DNA from: Salinispira sp.
GTDB lineage: Bacteria > Spirochaetota > Spirochaetia > DSM-27196 > Salinispiraceae
Length of the DNA: 64,000 nt
Direction of reading: 5' to 3'
Assembly: GCA_965226555.1 (NCBI GenBank)
Contig: CBDDDG010000021.1
Coordinates: 128,001 to 192,000 of the forward strand
The stretch's first letter is position 1. Every line of letters starts with the position of its first letter. Below, piece by piece: positions 28,739 to 37,906 of this stretch. The position numbers were made by a program, and so were the translations under genes. Below the pieces are notes generated by a model. That model was not told where the DNA came from and did not search any database. It saw only the letters and a list, made by a program, of their open reading frames with translations.

Positions 28739-30406
28739 TTATGCGCTGAAGTTGTAAAAAGCAGTCTTCCGATCGCCATGTTTGTAAATTTTACCTTTAT
28801 TCGCGAGCTGCATCAGAAGTTTTGTGGACTGGTTTGGGGTTAAATGGCAGAGTTCGACTACATCGGATCGCCTGATCTTTTTGTGCTTCTGTATGAATCG
28901 CATTACCATCTGTTCCTGTTGAATTTTGTTGAATCCGATCTGGCGGATGTATTCGGCCTGTTGGCCTGTTTTCTGGTAAAGATGAGCGCTCAGGGTGTAG
29001 GTTCGTCCTCGGCCGGTGCCATGCGCTTCCAGAAAACCCGTTTCACACAGTTTTTCGAGCGTGGCTCGAACATTGGCTTCTGATTTTTGTACAGATTCAG
29101 TAAGGTCAGCCGTTGTTAAGCGTCTTTCTTCCCGTAATTTGGACAGAATAATGAGAGAATCAATGGGCATATTTTCAAATTTATCTTGTTCGATCAGCAT
29201 TTTAAGGAATTCAATATCTGCAACAGTATTGAGCATCTGAACAGAGACAGCAAATTCATCTGACATAGTATAATCTGGCGCCGGTCGACCATATCGCAAC
29301 ATGCCTTCATAAATCCGGTCAATACCTCTTCCTGTTCGTTCAGCCAGTCCAATTCGCTTTATTACATCGGCCAATAAGGGATTACGTGAACGAGGAGCCG
29401 CGACCAACAGATTATTGAAATTAACCCCCTCAACAAATCCGCCCGGATTACTAATTGTGAGTCCGTCATGAGAAATGGTAACATGAACAGCGCCTAATCT
29501 GCTGAAATCGCGATGAACGAGAGCATTAACAAAGGCCTCCCGAAATGCGCGGCGATCGTAATTGGGAACCGGAACACGAAATAACCCAATTTGAATTTCT
29601 TCCTCTTCCACGCGCGCCTTAAACAAAACTTCAATTTCCTCAAAAGTTTGCAGGAGCGGTTTTCGGAAAAACTCATTTACCCTGACATCTGTACCATTGA
29701 GAACCTGAAAGGCAGCTTCGTAGGCCGGAATATGCTGACGCAGGAGGTACTCTGTTCCCAACAACAGCAAACCGGTAATGGTCGGCCGTTTGCTGCCATT
29801 AACCTCCCGACATAAGCCCAATGCATCATCCAATTCTTCATCGGACAAAGGAAGGAGACTCGGTTCTCCGCCATATTTTTTAATGGCATTTCGCAGGCGC
29901 AGACGTTGAAGGGAATCCAACTGTCGGTGAGAAATATCTTCTAAAATCATTGCCGATGGATCAATCTGCCCCATTGATGACTGCCGCTGAATAAATTCGT
30001 GCGCGTAGAACGGGACAGCCTCAGGAGTACCGTTAAGTTTTACGCGGCGCCGAAGTAGGCGCCCATCTGAAGTTGAGATTAGTTGCCGTGATTTTGGGAC
30101 GTGAATGTGCGCAACTGATTTGCCGGAAATAGTGTATTTTTCCACATTGACTGAAACGGCAGGATTGGTTTTATTCGCAACAAGCGGGGGAATACCGGAA
30201 ATGTCTATATGATTCGGATGCAGTCCCGTAACTGTTCCATCATCTTCAACGCCAAGCAATAATTCACCCCCTTCAGTATTCGCAAGGGATACAACTGCCG
30301 CAAGCACATCTTTGTCCGACAGTGGCTTCTGATCACTTTTGAACTCCACAGTTAAGCTTTCTCCCTGCTGAATAATATCTGCTATTTCATCTCTGCTCAC
30401 GCCCAA
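28739..30406 (-). CDS. AlbA_2/Schlafen-domain + HATPase_c_4 + winged-HTH protein
   Basis: GESLTVEFK, LANTEGGELLLGVEDDG, REAFVNALVHRD, RNPLLAD, ERTGRGI and C-terminal wHTH-like segments. Confidence 0.88.
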   Translation of the reverse strand: MGVSRDEIADIIQQGESLTVEFKSDQKPLSDKDVLAAVVSLANTEGGELLLGVEDDGTVTGLHPNHIDISGIPPLVANKTNPAVSVNVEKYTISGKSVAHIHVPKSRQLISTSDGRLLRRRVKLNGTPEAVPFYAHEFIQRQSSMGQIDPSAMILEDISHRQLDSLQRLRLRNAIKKYGGEPSLLPLSDEELDDALGLCREVNGSKRPTITGLLLLGTEYLLRQHIPAYEAAFQVLNGTDVRVNEFFRKPLLQTFEEIEVLFKARVEEEEIQIGLFRVPVPNYDRRAFREAFVNALVHRDFSRLGAVHVTISHDGLTISNPGGFVEGVNFNNLLVAAPRSRNPLLADVIKRIGLAERTGRGIDRIYEGMLRYGRPAPDYTMSDEFAVSVQMLNTVADIEFLKMLIEQDKFENMPIDSLIILSKLREERRLTTADLTESVQKSEANVRATLEKLCETGFLEAHGTGRGRTYTLSAHLYQKTGQQAEYIRQIGFNKIQQEQMVMRFIQKHKKIRRSDVVELCHLTPNQSTKLLMQLANKGKIYKHGDRKTAFYNFSA

Positions 30407-30579
30407 TACACCTCGGATAATCCACTTCCGATTATACCGGAAATTTTGAAAAATGCAAAATTTCTATTTGCAAAACTTCTATAATGTAGTTTTCTGAAAC
30501 ATTGCTGCATGTTGAATGAGAATGAACAGATGATTGGCAAGGACTGGAGAATAGTGTATACTGCCACTATGGAGTGAAC

Positions 30580-31332
30580 ATGATTATTCATGAAATTGAA
30601 TGCCGTGCAATTGTATCTATGCAGGTTGCAGATATTCAACCAACAGCAGATATTTTTACCAAAATGATTTCACACTTTTCCGATCTAGACCTCATACCAT
30701 CAACGTATGAAGAAATGGATGGTAAAGGGAACATGACTACACGGTTGCAACTACGTTCATCGGATGTGGACTTGTGGACAATAAATTTTTCTTCCAATAT
30801 GGTCGATATAAAACGCCGAAACACAAACATACATACTATTCCGTTTAATAAAAAAACAAAATTCACAGAGGAAATTACATATATTCTGACAAAAATTCTT
30901 CAGATATTTCCCAGATTCCGCGATCAATCTTTCAGCAATAATCTTTTATTCATGAGTGAATATTTTTTGACAGAATTAGATCATGAAGAAAAGCAAAAAT
31001 CGACACGGGGTTTGTACACTCTCGGAAGCATATATTCTAATGAAATTTTACCCAACTGGGGGCAAAGCGCTATGATCCGGAAAAAAATAGATATTGGTGA
31101 AAAACAAGAGGAATGCAATGTACTTGCGCAGGCGCAACAAGCGCAGGGAAAGCTACTGATAGAATCAGAATATCAATCTTGGGAGGGTATTAAAATTAAT
31201 TATATTATGCGTACTCTTCTGGAGAATAGTGCTTATCGATTCGGAATTGATGAAATTTCTTTATTCTACCAATCAATTATTACAATGGAAGATCAGCTAA
31301 AAACCGACTTCATAAATGGATTAGGGAGGTAG
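30580..31332 (+). CDS. Hypothetical protein, possibly TIGR04255-like (gene A of a three-gene module)
   Basis: About 250 aa, GGAG RBS, beta-rich pattern RLQL...WTINFSSNMVDI; AT-rich codon usage. Confidence 0.6.
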   Translation: MIIHEIECRAIVSMQVADIQPTADIFTKMISHFSDLDLIPSTYEEMDGKGNMTTRLQLRSSDVDLWTINFSSNMVDIKRRNTNIHTIPFNKKTKFTEEITYILTKILQIFPRFRDQSFSNNLLFMSEYFLTELDHEEKQKSTRGLYTLGSIYSNEILPNWGQSAMIRKKIDIGEKQEECNVLAQAQQAQGKLLIESEYQSWEGIKINYIMRTLLENSAYRFGIDEISLFYQSIITMEDQLKTDFINGLGR

Positions 31333-31336
31333 TTAT

Positions 31337-31978
31337 ATGGAATACAAAGAACTTTCCCCGATATTTTATTCGATGAAACAATTAACCGAAATTACCAAGA
31401 GCTTTTCGGAGAGCATAAGTGAAATGCTTCATTCGAATGTTATAGAATCTCCCAACAGCACTTCTAACCTTGAAAAGTACGATGAAAACAAAATTAACAG
31501 GGAGAGACTGGAATTCCTTCGTAAACATACTACCCCGCGATTTATTAAGCTCATTCGGGAGGAGCATTTTGAATTTGGCTATACATCGCAAAGCGAAATT
31601 TTTCTCAGAGAATTATTGGAGAAGAATTCTTTGGCAACAATGAGCTGGCTGAACGAATTGTATAACGATAACTTTCACAATGATGTTATTCTGATAGGGA
31701 TAGTGAGGTTACTTGGAAGATTCGATGAAGCAAGTATAAAACCTCAGGGACAAACTATGGCATTAGGGTCACTTATTCATAAAAATTTGGAAATTTGCGA
31801 ATTAGGTATTAGAGCATTTGAAAGTTGGGGATCAACGGACAGTCTCCGTATTTTGAAACAGACTCGCGTTAGTGTTTTGAAACAGATTTCTATTGCAGAC
31901 AAGTGGCTCAAACAGTACCTTGAAGAAGTAATTAGCGATTTGGAAGAAGATCATGCCCTATCTAATACGAAAATATAG
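31337..31978 (+). CDS. Hypothetical helical (HEAT-like) protein (gene B)
   Basis: GGGAGG RBS; amphipathic helices EEHFEFGY, ELGIRAFESWG, WLKQYL. Confidence 0.65.
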   Translation: MEYKELSPIFYSMKQLTEITKSFSESISEMLHSNVIESPNSTSNLEKYDENKINRERLEFLRKHTTPRFIKLIREEHFEFGYTSQSEIFLRELLEKNSLATMSWLNELYNDNFHNDVILIGIVRLLGRFDEASIKPQGQTMALGSLIHKNLEICELGIRAFESWGSTDSLRILKQTRVSVLKQISIADKWLKQYLEEVISDLEEDHALSNTKI

Positions 31979-32483
31979 TCGGGCAAAATGGAGGGGAGTA
32001 GATTTTCATAAACCTCAGAATGCCCCCGCAGATGCAATTACAAACTGCCTTAAAACAACTGATAATACTTTGTCTGTTTGGGAAATTGATTCTCCCGACA
32101 AACCGGATGAAGGGGTGCTTGCGATTGCTGGATCATTAGACCACATTGCGGCAATTGATATTATTATTCTGAATGAAGATGACATTAAAGACGCAGATAT
32201 TTCTGTTGAATCTTCCGAGGGAGATACAACAGTCACCGATCTTAAAGAAACTCATAAGGATATAGTAAATCTTACATATTATACGCTTGGCAAAATAAAT
32301 GATCTTATGGTTACAAGTCTTAAAAATAAATTGTGTAAGCGTTACACCGCAGGGGAATTGAAAAAGATTCTCAAAAAGGCACTTAACGAAAAACGAATAC
32401 ATTGGGAGAATTTATCTCCAGGATTGCAGAAAATTTGTAAAAAACTGTTGGAGGGCGAAGAATATCATGCCCAGAGAACCTGA
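31953..32483 (+). CDS. Hypothetical protein with ADP-ribosyltransferase-like motif spacing (gene C)
   Basis: YLIRK, ADAITNCLKT..NTLSVW, GDT...H.DI; overlaps gene B and the mod gene. Confidence 0.6.
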   Translation: MPYLIRKYSRAKWRGVDFHKPQNAPADAITNCLKTTDNTLSVWEIDSPDKPDEGVLAIAGSLDHIAAIDIIILNEDDIKDADISVESSEGDTTVTDLKETHKDIVNLTYYTLGKINDLMVTSLKNKLCKRYTAGELKKILKKALNEKRIHWENLSPGLQKICKKLLEGEEYHAQRT

Positions 32484-35061
32484 GAAGAAACAGATTACAT
32501 CGTATGCTCATAAGGATGCGCTGCGGACGAACAATCCGCTGGTTGGGTTGGTGACGCCGGGCACCGATCCTGACGAGGGGAAAGCCACGAGCTATGCCTA
32601 CGATCCGCACATTGACCCGCACATGGAATGGGCAGGCAAGGCGGAGCGTATGTCCTTTGCGGTTCCGCTGCAATCGTTGCATGTGCATGAGCGCATTGAC
32701 CCCCGCAGCATTATTGAGGCGGTGTGCAGGCGCGGCGGTCGGCAGGGCAGGCAGATGGGCCTGTTTGAAGAAGAGCGCGAGGTTCCGCTGCGTCAGGCTA
32801 TTGAATTCTATCGGCATTCCCGGAACTGGAGCAACCGGCTCATTGCCGGCGATTCGCTGCTCATTATGAATTCCCTGCTGGGTAAGGAAAATATGGCAGC
32901 CAAGGTGCAGTGCGTGTACATGGATCCGCCCTACGGCATTACATACGGCTCCAATTTTCAGCCCTTTACGAACAAACGCGAGGTCATGGACGGCAAGAGT
33001 GAAGATTTAACCGCCGAGCCGGAAATGATTAAGGCATTCCGCGACACCTGGGAACTCGGCATTCATTCCTACCTCTCATACATGCGCGACCGGCTGCTGC
33101 TCATACGCGAGCTACTGACCGAAAGCGGAAGTGTGTTTGTGCAGATAGGCGCCGAGAATGTGCACAGGGTGAGTCTTATAATGGATGAGATATTCGGCGC
33201 GGAGAACAGAGTGGCAACAATTACCTTCATGACATCGGGCGCCAGCTCATCGAACACCTTGCCGTCAGTTGCCGACTATCTCCTCTGGTATGCCAAAGAC
33301 CGGAAAAACATGAAATATCGGCAATTGCACGACCCGCTGAATCGCTCCGAAACGGTGGAGTTTTTTACTTCATACGCTGCTGTTGAACTGCCGGATGGTA
33401 CCTGCCGAAAACTTACAACTGATGAACGTTCCGACCCCAATACATTGCCTCATGGCGCGCGGCTGTACCAACGCATGCCATTGACATCTCAAGGGTTATC
33501 AAGTACTGGGCGATCTGATCCTTATGAATGGAACGAGAAGATATTTCCCTGCGCTCCTCGGCACTGGAGTGTTTCAATGGATGGTCTGGATCGTCTGGCT
33601 GAAATCAACAGGTTAGATGCTGCGGAATCTGATGGCGCCACATTAGGATGGAAGCGATACGAGAATGAAACACCCGGGCGCAAAATTAACAATGTATGGG
33701 CGAGGCAAATGTCAGTTGCCGGCAGCGCGAAGCGCTATGTTGTGCAAACTGCCGACAGCGTGTTGGAACGCTGCCTGCTCATGGCCAGCGATCCGGGCGA
33801 CTTGGTATTCGACCCGACCTGCGGAAGCGGTGTTACCGCCTATACCGCCGAAAAATGGGGCAGACGCTGGATAACCTGCGATACCTCCCGTGTTGCTACC
33901 GCCATTGCCCGGCAGCGGCTCATGACTGCGCTATTCCCGTATTACAAACTAGCATATCCGCAAGATGGAGTGGGCGGCGGCTTTGAATACAAGAAAGTGC
34001 CCTATGTTTCGGCAAAAACTCTGGCATACAACGAAGTGCAAACCTTCACAACCCTGTATAACCAGCCGCTGAAAGATTCTGCGCGCAGCCGCGTAACCGG
34101 ACCCTTCACCGTTGAGGCCGTACCATCCCCGACCGTGCAGCCAATTCATGAGCTTAGCCCCCCGCCGGAACCTCTTCCCGAAAATGAGTCCATTGTTCGC
34201 GCTGGCGAGACCCTGCGTCAGAACGAATGGATCGATGAATTACTGGAAAACGGCATCCGCGGAAAAAATAATCAGCATATCTCCTTCTCGCGCATTACCC
34301 CCCTGCCCAACCGCTGGCTGCATGCCATTGCCGAGACATCTCCAGACAATTCCGCCCGCGCTAGCGCCGCCGCCAGCCGTCCCAAATCAGCGCCCGAATC
34401 CGCCGCCGAATTGCTCCGCGCTGCCTTCAGCTTCGGCCCTGAGCATGCCCCGCTCGAGCCGCGTCAGGTAGAAAATGCCCTGCAGGAAGCGGGAAAACTT
34501 GTCCCCAGCCCGAAAATAGTTATTTTCGCCGCCTTTCAGTTCGACCCCGAAGCATCAAAAGATATTGCCGAAACAAACTGGCCCGGCGTTACCCTGCTCA
34601 CCGTGGGAATGAATGCCGATCTGCAAACTGACGATCTGAAAAAGAAACAAACCGGCAGCGACAGCTTCTGGCTTATCGGGCAGCCGGATATTCAGGTCGA
34701 GCAGATACGCGCGGGGGATCATGTCGGAAGATGGTTTGTAAAAGTAGAGGGATTTGACTATTTCAACACGAGAACCAGTGAACTGACAAGCGGCAATGCG
34801 GAAAACATCGCCATCTGGATGCTCGATACCGATTATGACGGGCGAAGTGTCTACCCCCGGCAGGTATTCTTCCCCATGGCGGGAAAAAACGATGGCTGGC
34901 AGAAGCTGGCAAAGAATCTGCGGGCAGAAATAGACACCGGCCTCATGGAAGCATACCGGGGAACGACATCCCTGCCCTTTGAGTCCGGCAAGAACAAACG
35001 AATTGCGGTTAAAATTGTGGATGATCGCGGCATTGAAAGCCTGCGGGTCATGAACCTTTAA
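32467..35061 (+). CDS. Type III R-M-like adenine DNA methyltransferase (Mod)
   Basis: NRLIAGDSL, YMDPPYGI, FRDTWELGIHSYL, FDPTCGSG and C-terminal IAVKIVDDRG. Confidence 0.92.
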   Translation: MPREPEKKQITSYAHKDALRTNNPLVGLVTPGTDPDEGKATSYAYDPHIDPHMEWAGKAERMSFAVPLQSLHVHERIDPRSIIEAVCRRGGRQGRQMGLFEEEREVPLRQAIEFYRHSRNWSNRLIAGDSLLIMNSLLGKENMAAKVQCVYMDPPYGITYGSNFQPFTNKREVMDGKSEDLTAEPEMIKAFRDTWELGIHSYLSYMRDRLLLIRELLTESGSVFVQIGAENVHRVSLIMDEIFGAENRVATITFMTSGASSSNTLPSVADYLLWYAKDRKNMKYRQLHDPLNRSETVEFFTSYAAVELPDGTCRKLTTDERSDPNTLPHGARLYQRMPLTSQGLSSTGRSDPYEWNEKIFPCAPRHWSVSMDGLDRLAEINRLDAAESDGATLGWKRYENETPGRKINNVWARQMSVAGSAKRYVVQTADSVLERCLLMASDPGDLVFDPTCGSGVTAYTAEKWGRRWITCDTSRVATAIARQRLMTALFPYYKLAYPQDGVGGGFEYKKVPYVSAKTLAYNEVQTFTTLYNQPLKDSARSRVTGPFTVEAVPSPTVQPIHELSPPPEPLPENESIVRAGETLRQNEWIDELLENGIRGKNNQHISFSRITPLPNRWLHAIAETSPDNSARASAAASRPKSAPESAAELLRAAFSFGPEHAPLEPRQVENALQEAGKLVPSPKIVIFAAFQFDPEASKDIAETNWPGVTLLTVGMNADLQTDDLKKKQTGSDSFWLIGQPDIQVEQIRAGDHVGRWFVKVEGFDYFNTRTSELTSGNAENIAIWMLDTDYDGRSVYPRQVFFPMAGKNDGWQKLAKNLRAEIDTGLMEAYRGTTSLPFESGKNKRIAVKIVDDRGIESLRVMNL

Positions 35062-35119
35062 TGCGTGAGATTATTGTGAGGTAATGCAAAATGATTCGGA
35101 AACTTAAGCTGTCAAATTA

Positions 35120-37873
35120 ATGAATCAACGCTCTTTAATTATCAATTCACCGTACAAAATGCCTTCCCGCCATTGGAAATTTGCCGGACAGGGCACTTCT
35201 CCCGATCTTGTGGAGGGGCGGCATGAGGCCGGGTACATGGTTTCAGATACGGGAGCAAAGCCTCATCAGGATAGTGGAACCTTCATTCCTTTGCCGCTGG
35301 TGAATCAGATTCGCATGGCTGTGAATGCTTGGCGGAATGCGGGGTATCCGGGGATTACCGGAATTACGCAGGTCCTTCTGGAACATTGGAACGACAGCGA
35401 ACAGAGGGAATATCCATTGTTCTTCTGTCAGCTTGAAGCCATTGAGACACTAATATGGCTTATTGAGCTGTCCAATTCGAAGAAGCGGGGAATTACTATT
35501 CCTTCAGATGGCGGGGAGTTCAGTCGCTTTTGTTCCAAACTCGCTACGGGCACCGGTAAGACCGTTGTCATGGCAATGGTCATTGCATGGCAGGCAATTA
35601 ACCGTGTGACCTATCCGCGCGATGAACGATTCTCGCAGAACATTTTTATTGTTGCGCCGAACCTGACGGTCAGAGAGCGGCTTTCTGTTTTAGAACCCTC
35701 ATGCAATGGGAATTATTACGATGAATTTAATGTTGCGCCGATCTCGTTGCGAGAGAAACTTTTACAGGCCCGGGTGCTCATAAAAAACTGGCATGTATTG
35801 AATTGGGAAACTGAGGAGAAAATTCGGAGCAAGAAGGGTGTGGATAAGCGCGGAGCCCTGAGCGACACGGCATACACGCGGGCAGTTCTGGGAGATATGG
35901 CGCATGCCCGCAACATCCTTGTCATTAACGATGAAGCGCACCATGCTTGGCGCGTCCATCCTGAGTCAAACATACGCGGCGTGAAGAAAGACGAAATAGA
36001 CGAGGCAACCAAATGGTTGGGCGGGCTTGATAGAATTAACAACACGCGGGGAATTCTCTGCTGTTTCGATTTTTCCGCAACGCCCTTTGCGCCGAGCGGG
36101 AAAACGGCGCCCGAATTATTCCCGTGGATAGTCAGCGATTTCGGCCTGAACGATGCCATTGAGGCAGGGCTGGTGAAAACGCCCCGCATTGTGGTGCGTG
36201 AAGACGCCATTCCCGCCGGAAATTATAAACCTCGTTTGTATCATATTTTCAGCGATCCGGAAGTGAAGGACAATTTGAATAGGAGCGCTGGAGAAGATGA
36301 CCCCCTGCCCGATTTTGTCCATAACGCCTACCGTCTTCTGGCATGCGACTGGGAGAAAACAAAGGAAGCATGGAGCGGGCGCGGAACGCCGCCGGTTATG
36401 ATTACGGTGGCAAACCGCACCGAAACGGCGGCGCGCATTACACGCGCATTTGAGAAAAAATTCATTGATCCACCATCCCTCTGCGATCCCAAAGGACTCT
36501 TGCATATTGACTCAAAGGTTCTGAAGGAGGCGGAGGAGCAGGAGCCCGAAGAAGGGACGCGGAAGAGCGCTCACAATGGAGAGGGCAGGAAACAAACACG
36601 GAAGGAAAGGGCAGACTTTCTCCGGGAGCAGGTCAATACGGTCGGGCAGGAAGGAACCCCGGGGGAACAGATACAAAATGTCATATCTGTGGGAATGCTG
36701 TCCGAGGGTTGGGACGCCCGAACGGTAACGCACATTATGGGGCTGCGGGCCTTTACCAGTCAGTTGCTCTGCGAGCAGGTTGTCGGGCGGGGTCTGCGGC
36801 GCGCTTCGTATGAAATTAATGAAGAGACCGGGTTATTTGATCCGGAATATGTCAATGTATTCGGCGTGCCCTTCAGTTTTTTGTCTATGGATAATGACGA
36901 TAGCGCGCCGCCGCGCCCTCCTGCGCAGAAAATTGAGGTTAAACCGGTGGATGAGAAGAAACGGTTTGAGATCCAATTTCCGAACATTGTCCGCGTGGAA
37001 CGAAAATGTCAACAAAAACTCTCAGTGAATTGGGCAGCGCTGAGTCCTCTGAAAATTGATGCATCCACAATTGTAGAAATTGCCGAAATTGCTCCCACGG
37101 TGAATAATTTGCCGGATCTGAACAATATTGAGACTCTGAATCTGGAAAAATTACTTGGCGCAAAGCGCAGGCAGACCCTTATTTTTCAGGCGGCGGAGAG
37201 CGCATGGAACCGCATGAAGTCCACATGGAAGGGGTCTGAGGATCGCTTAGTCGCGGAGTTAATAGGGCTGGCGGAGGAGTTTATGAGTTCAGGGAACATT
37301 CACATTACTCCCAATTCCTGCAACACCGGGAAAAGAAGGCATATTGTGCTCATGCTGAGTATGTCAAAAATCTTTTACCATTTTATCGATTCCATAACAT
37401 TCAGCAATTCCGAAGAACTCATTCCGGTGTTCAATAAGGACAGACCAATTCAATGGACGGGCGATATGCTTCCGTGGAGAACAGGCAGACCCTGTGAATA
37501 CACGAAGAAGAGCCATAGTAATTATTGTGTCTACGATAGCACTTGGGAGTCATCGGACGCGTTTGAACTGGATCGGAATGATCATGTCGATGCATGGGCG
37601 AAAAATGATCATGTGGGCTTTGAGGTTCTCTATGTTCACAATGGGGTAGTGCGGAAATATCGCCCCGATTTTCTCATTCGTCTGCGGTCGGGCGCTATGC
37701 TTGTGCTGGAGACGAAGGGAAGGCAGACGGATATGGATGATTCAAAGCATTCTTCCATGAGGGAATGGATTGCTGCCGTGAATGGCGATGGAAGGTTTGG
37801 ACAGTGGCAGTTTGATGTTTCGGCTCATCCGAAGGAAATAAAAAATATTCTCGCGCGGAGCGGTCAGGAATGA
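35120..37873 (+). CDS. Type III R-M-like restriction subunit (SF2 helicase + PD-(D/E)XK nuclease)
   Basis: LATGTGKT, DEAHH, SATP, LSEGWDA, EQVVGRGLRR and YRPDF...LETKG. Confidence 0.92.
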   Translation: MNQRSLIINSPYKMPSRHWKFAGQGTSPDLVEGRHEAGYMVSDTGAKPHQDSGTFIPLPLVNQIRMAVNAWRNAGYPGITGITQVLLEHWNDSEQREYPLFFCQLEAIETLIWLIELSNSKKRGITIPSDGGEFSRFCSKLATGTGKTVVMAMVIAWQAINRVTYPRDERFSQNIFIVAPNLTVRERLSVLEPSCNGNYYDEFNVAPISLREKLLQARVLIKNWHVLNWETEEKIRSKKGVDKRGALSDTAYTRAVLGDMAHARNILVINDEAHHAWRVHPESNIRGVKKDEIDEATKWLGGLDRINNTRGILCCFDFSATPFAPSGKTAPELFPWIVSDFGLNDAIEAGLVKTPRIVVREDAIPAGNYKPRLYHIFSDPEVKDNLNRSAGEDDPLPDFVHNAYRLLACDWEKTKEAWSGRGTPPVMITVANRTETAARITRAFEKKFIDPPSLCDPKGLLHIDSKVLKEAEEQEPEEGTRKSAHNGEGRKQTRKERADFLREQVNTVGQEGTPGEQIQNVISVGMLSEGWDARTVTHIMGLRAFTSQLLCEQVVGRGLRRASYEINEETGLFDPEYVNVFGVPFSFLSMDNDDSAPPRPPAQKIEVKPVDEKKRFEIQFPNIVRVERKCQQKLSVNWAALSPLKIDASTIVEIAEIAPTVNNLPDLNNIETLNLEKLLGAKRRQTLIFQAAESAWNRMKSTWKGSEDRLVAELIGLAEEFMSSGNIHITPNSCNTGKRRHIVLMLSMSKIFYHFIDSITFSNSEELIPVFNKDRPIQWTGDMLPWRTGRPCEYTKKSHSNYCVYDSTWESSDAFELDRNDHVDAWAKNDHVGFEVLYVHNGVVRKYRPDFLIRLRSGAMLVLETKGRQTDMDDSKHSSMREWIAAVNGDGRFGQWQFDVSAHPKEIKNILARSGQE

Positions 37874-37906
37874 TCTTGTGTAGTACAATGGATATAGGGA
37901 CATATT

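Noticed and set aside
32467..35061. Phase-variable mod gene (phasevarion)
   Set aside because: No clean simple-sequence repeat tract seen in either mod-like gene; both ORFs are intact.
28500..37900. Prophage or ICE
   Set aside because: No integrase, phage structural, replication or conjugation genes recognised.
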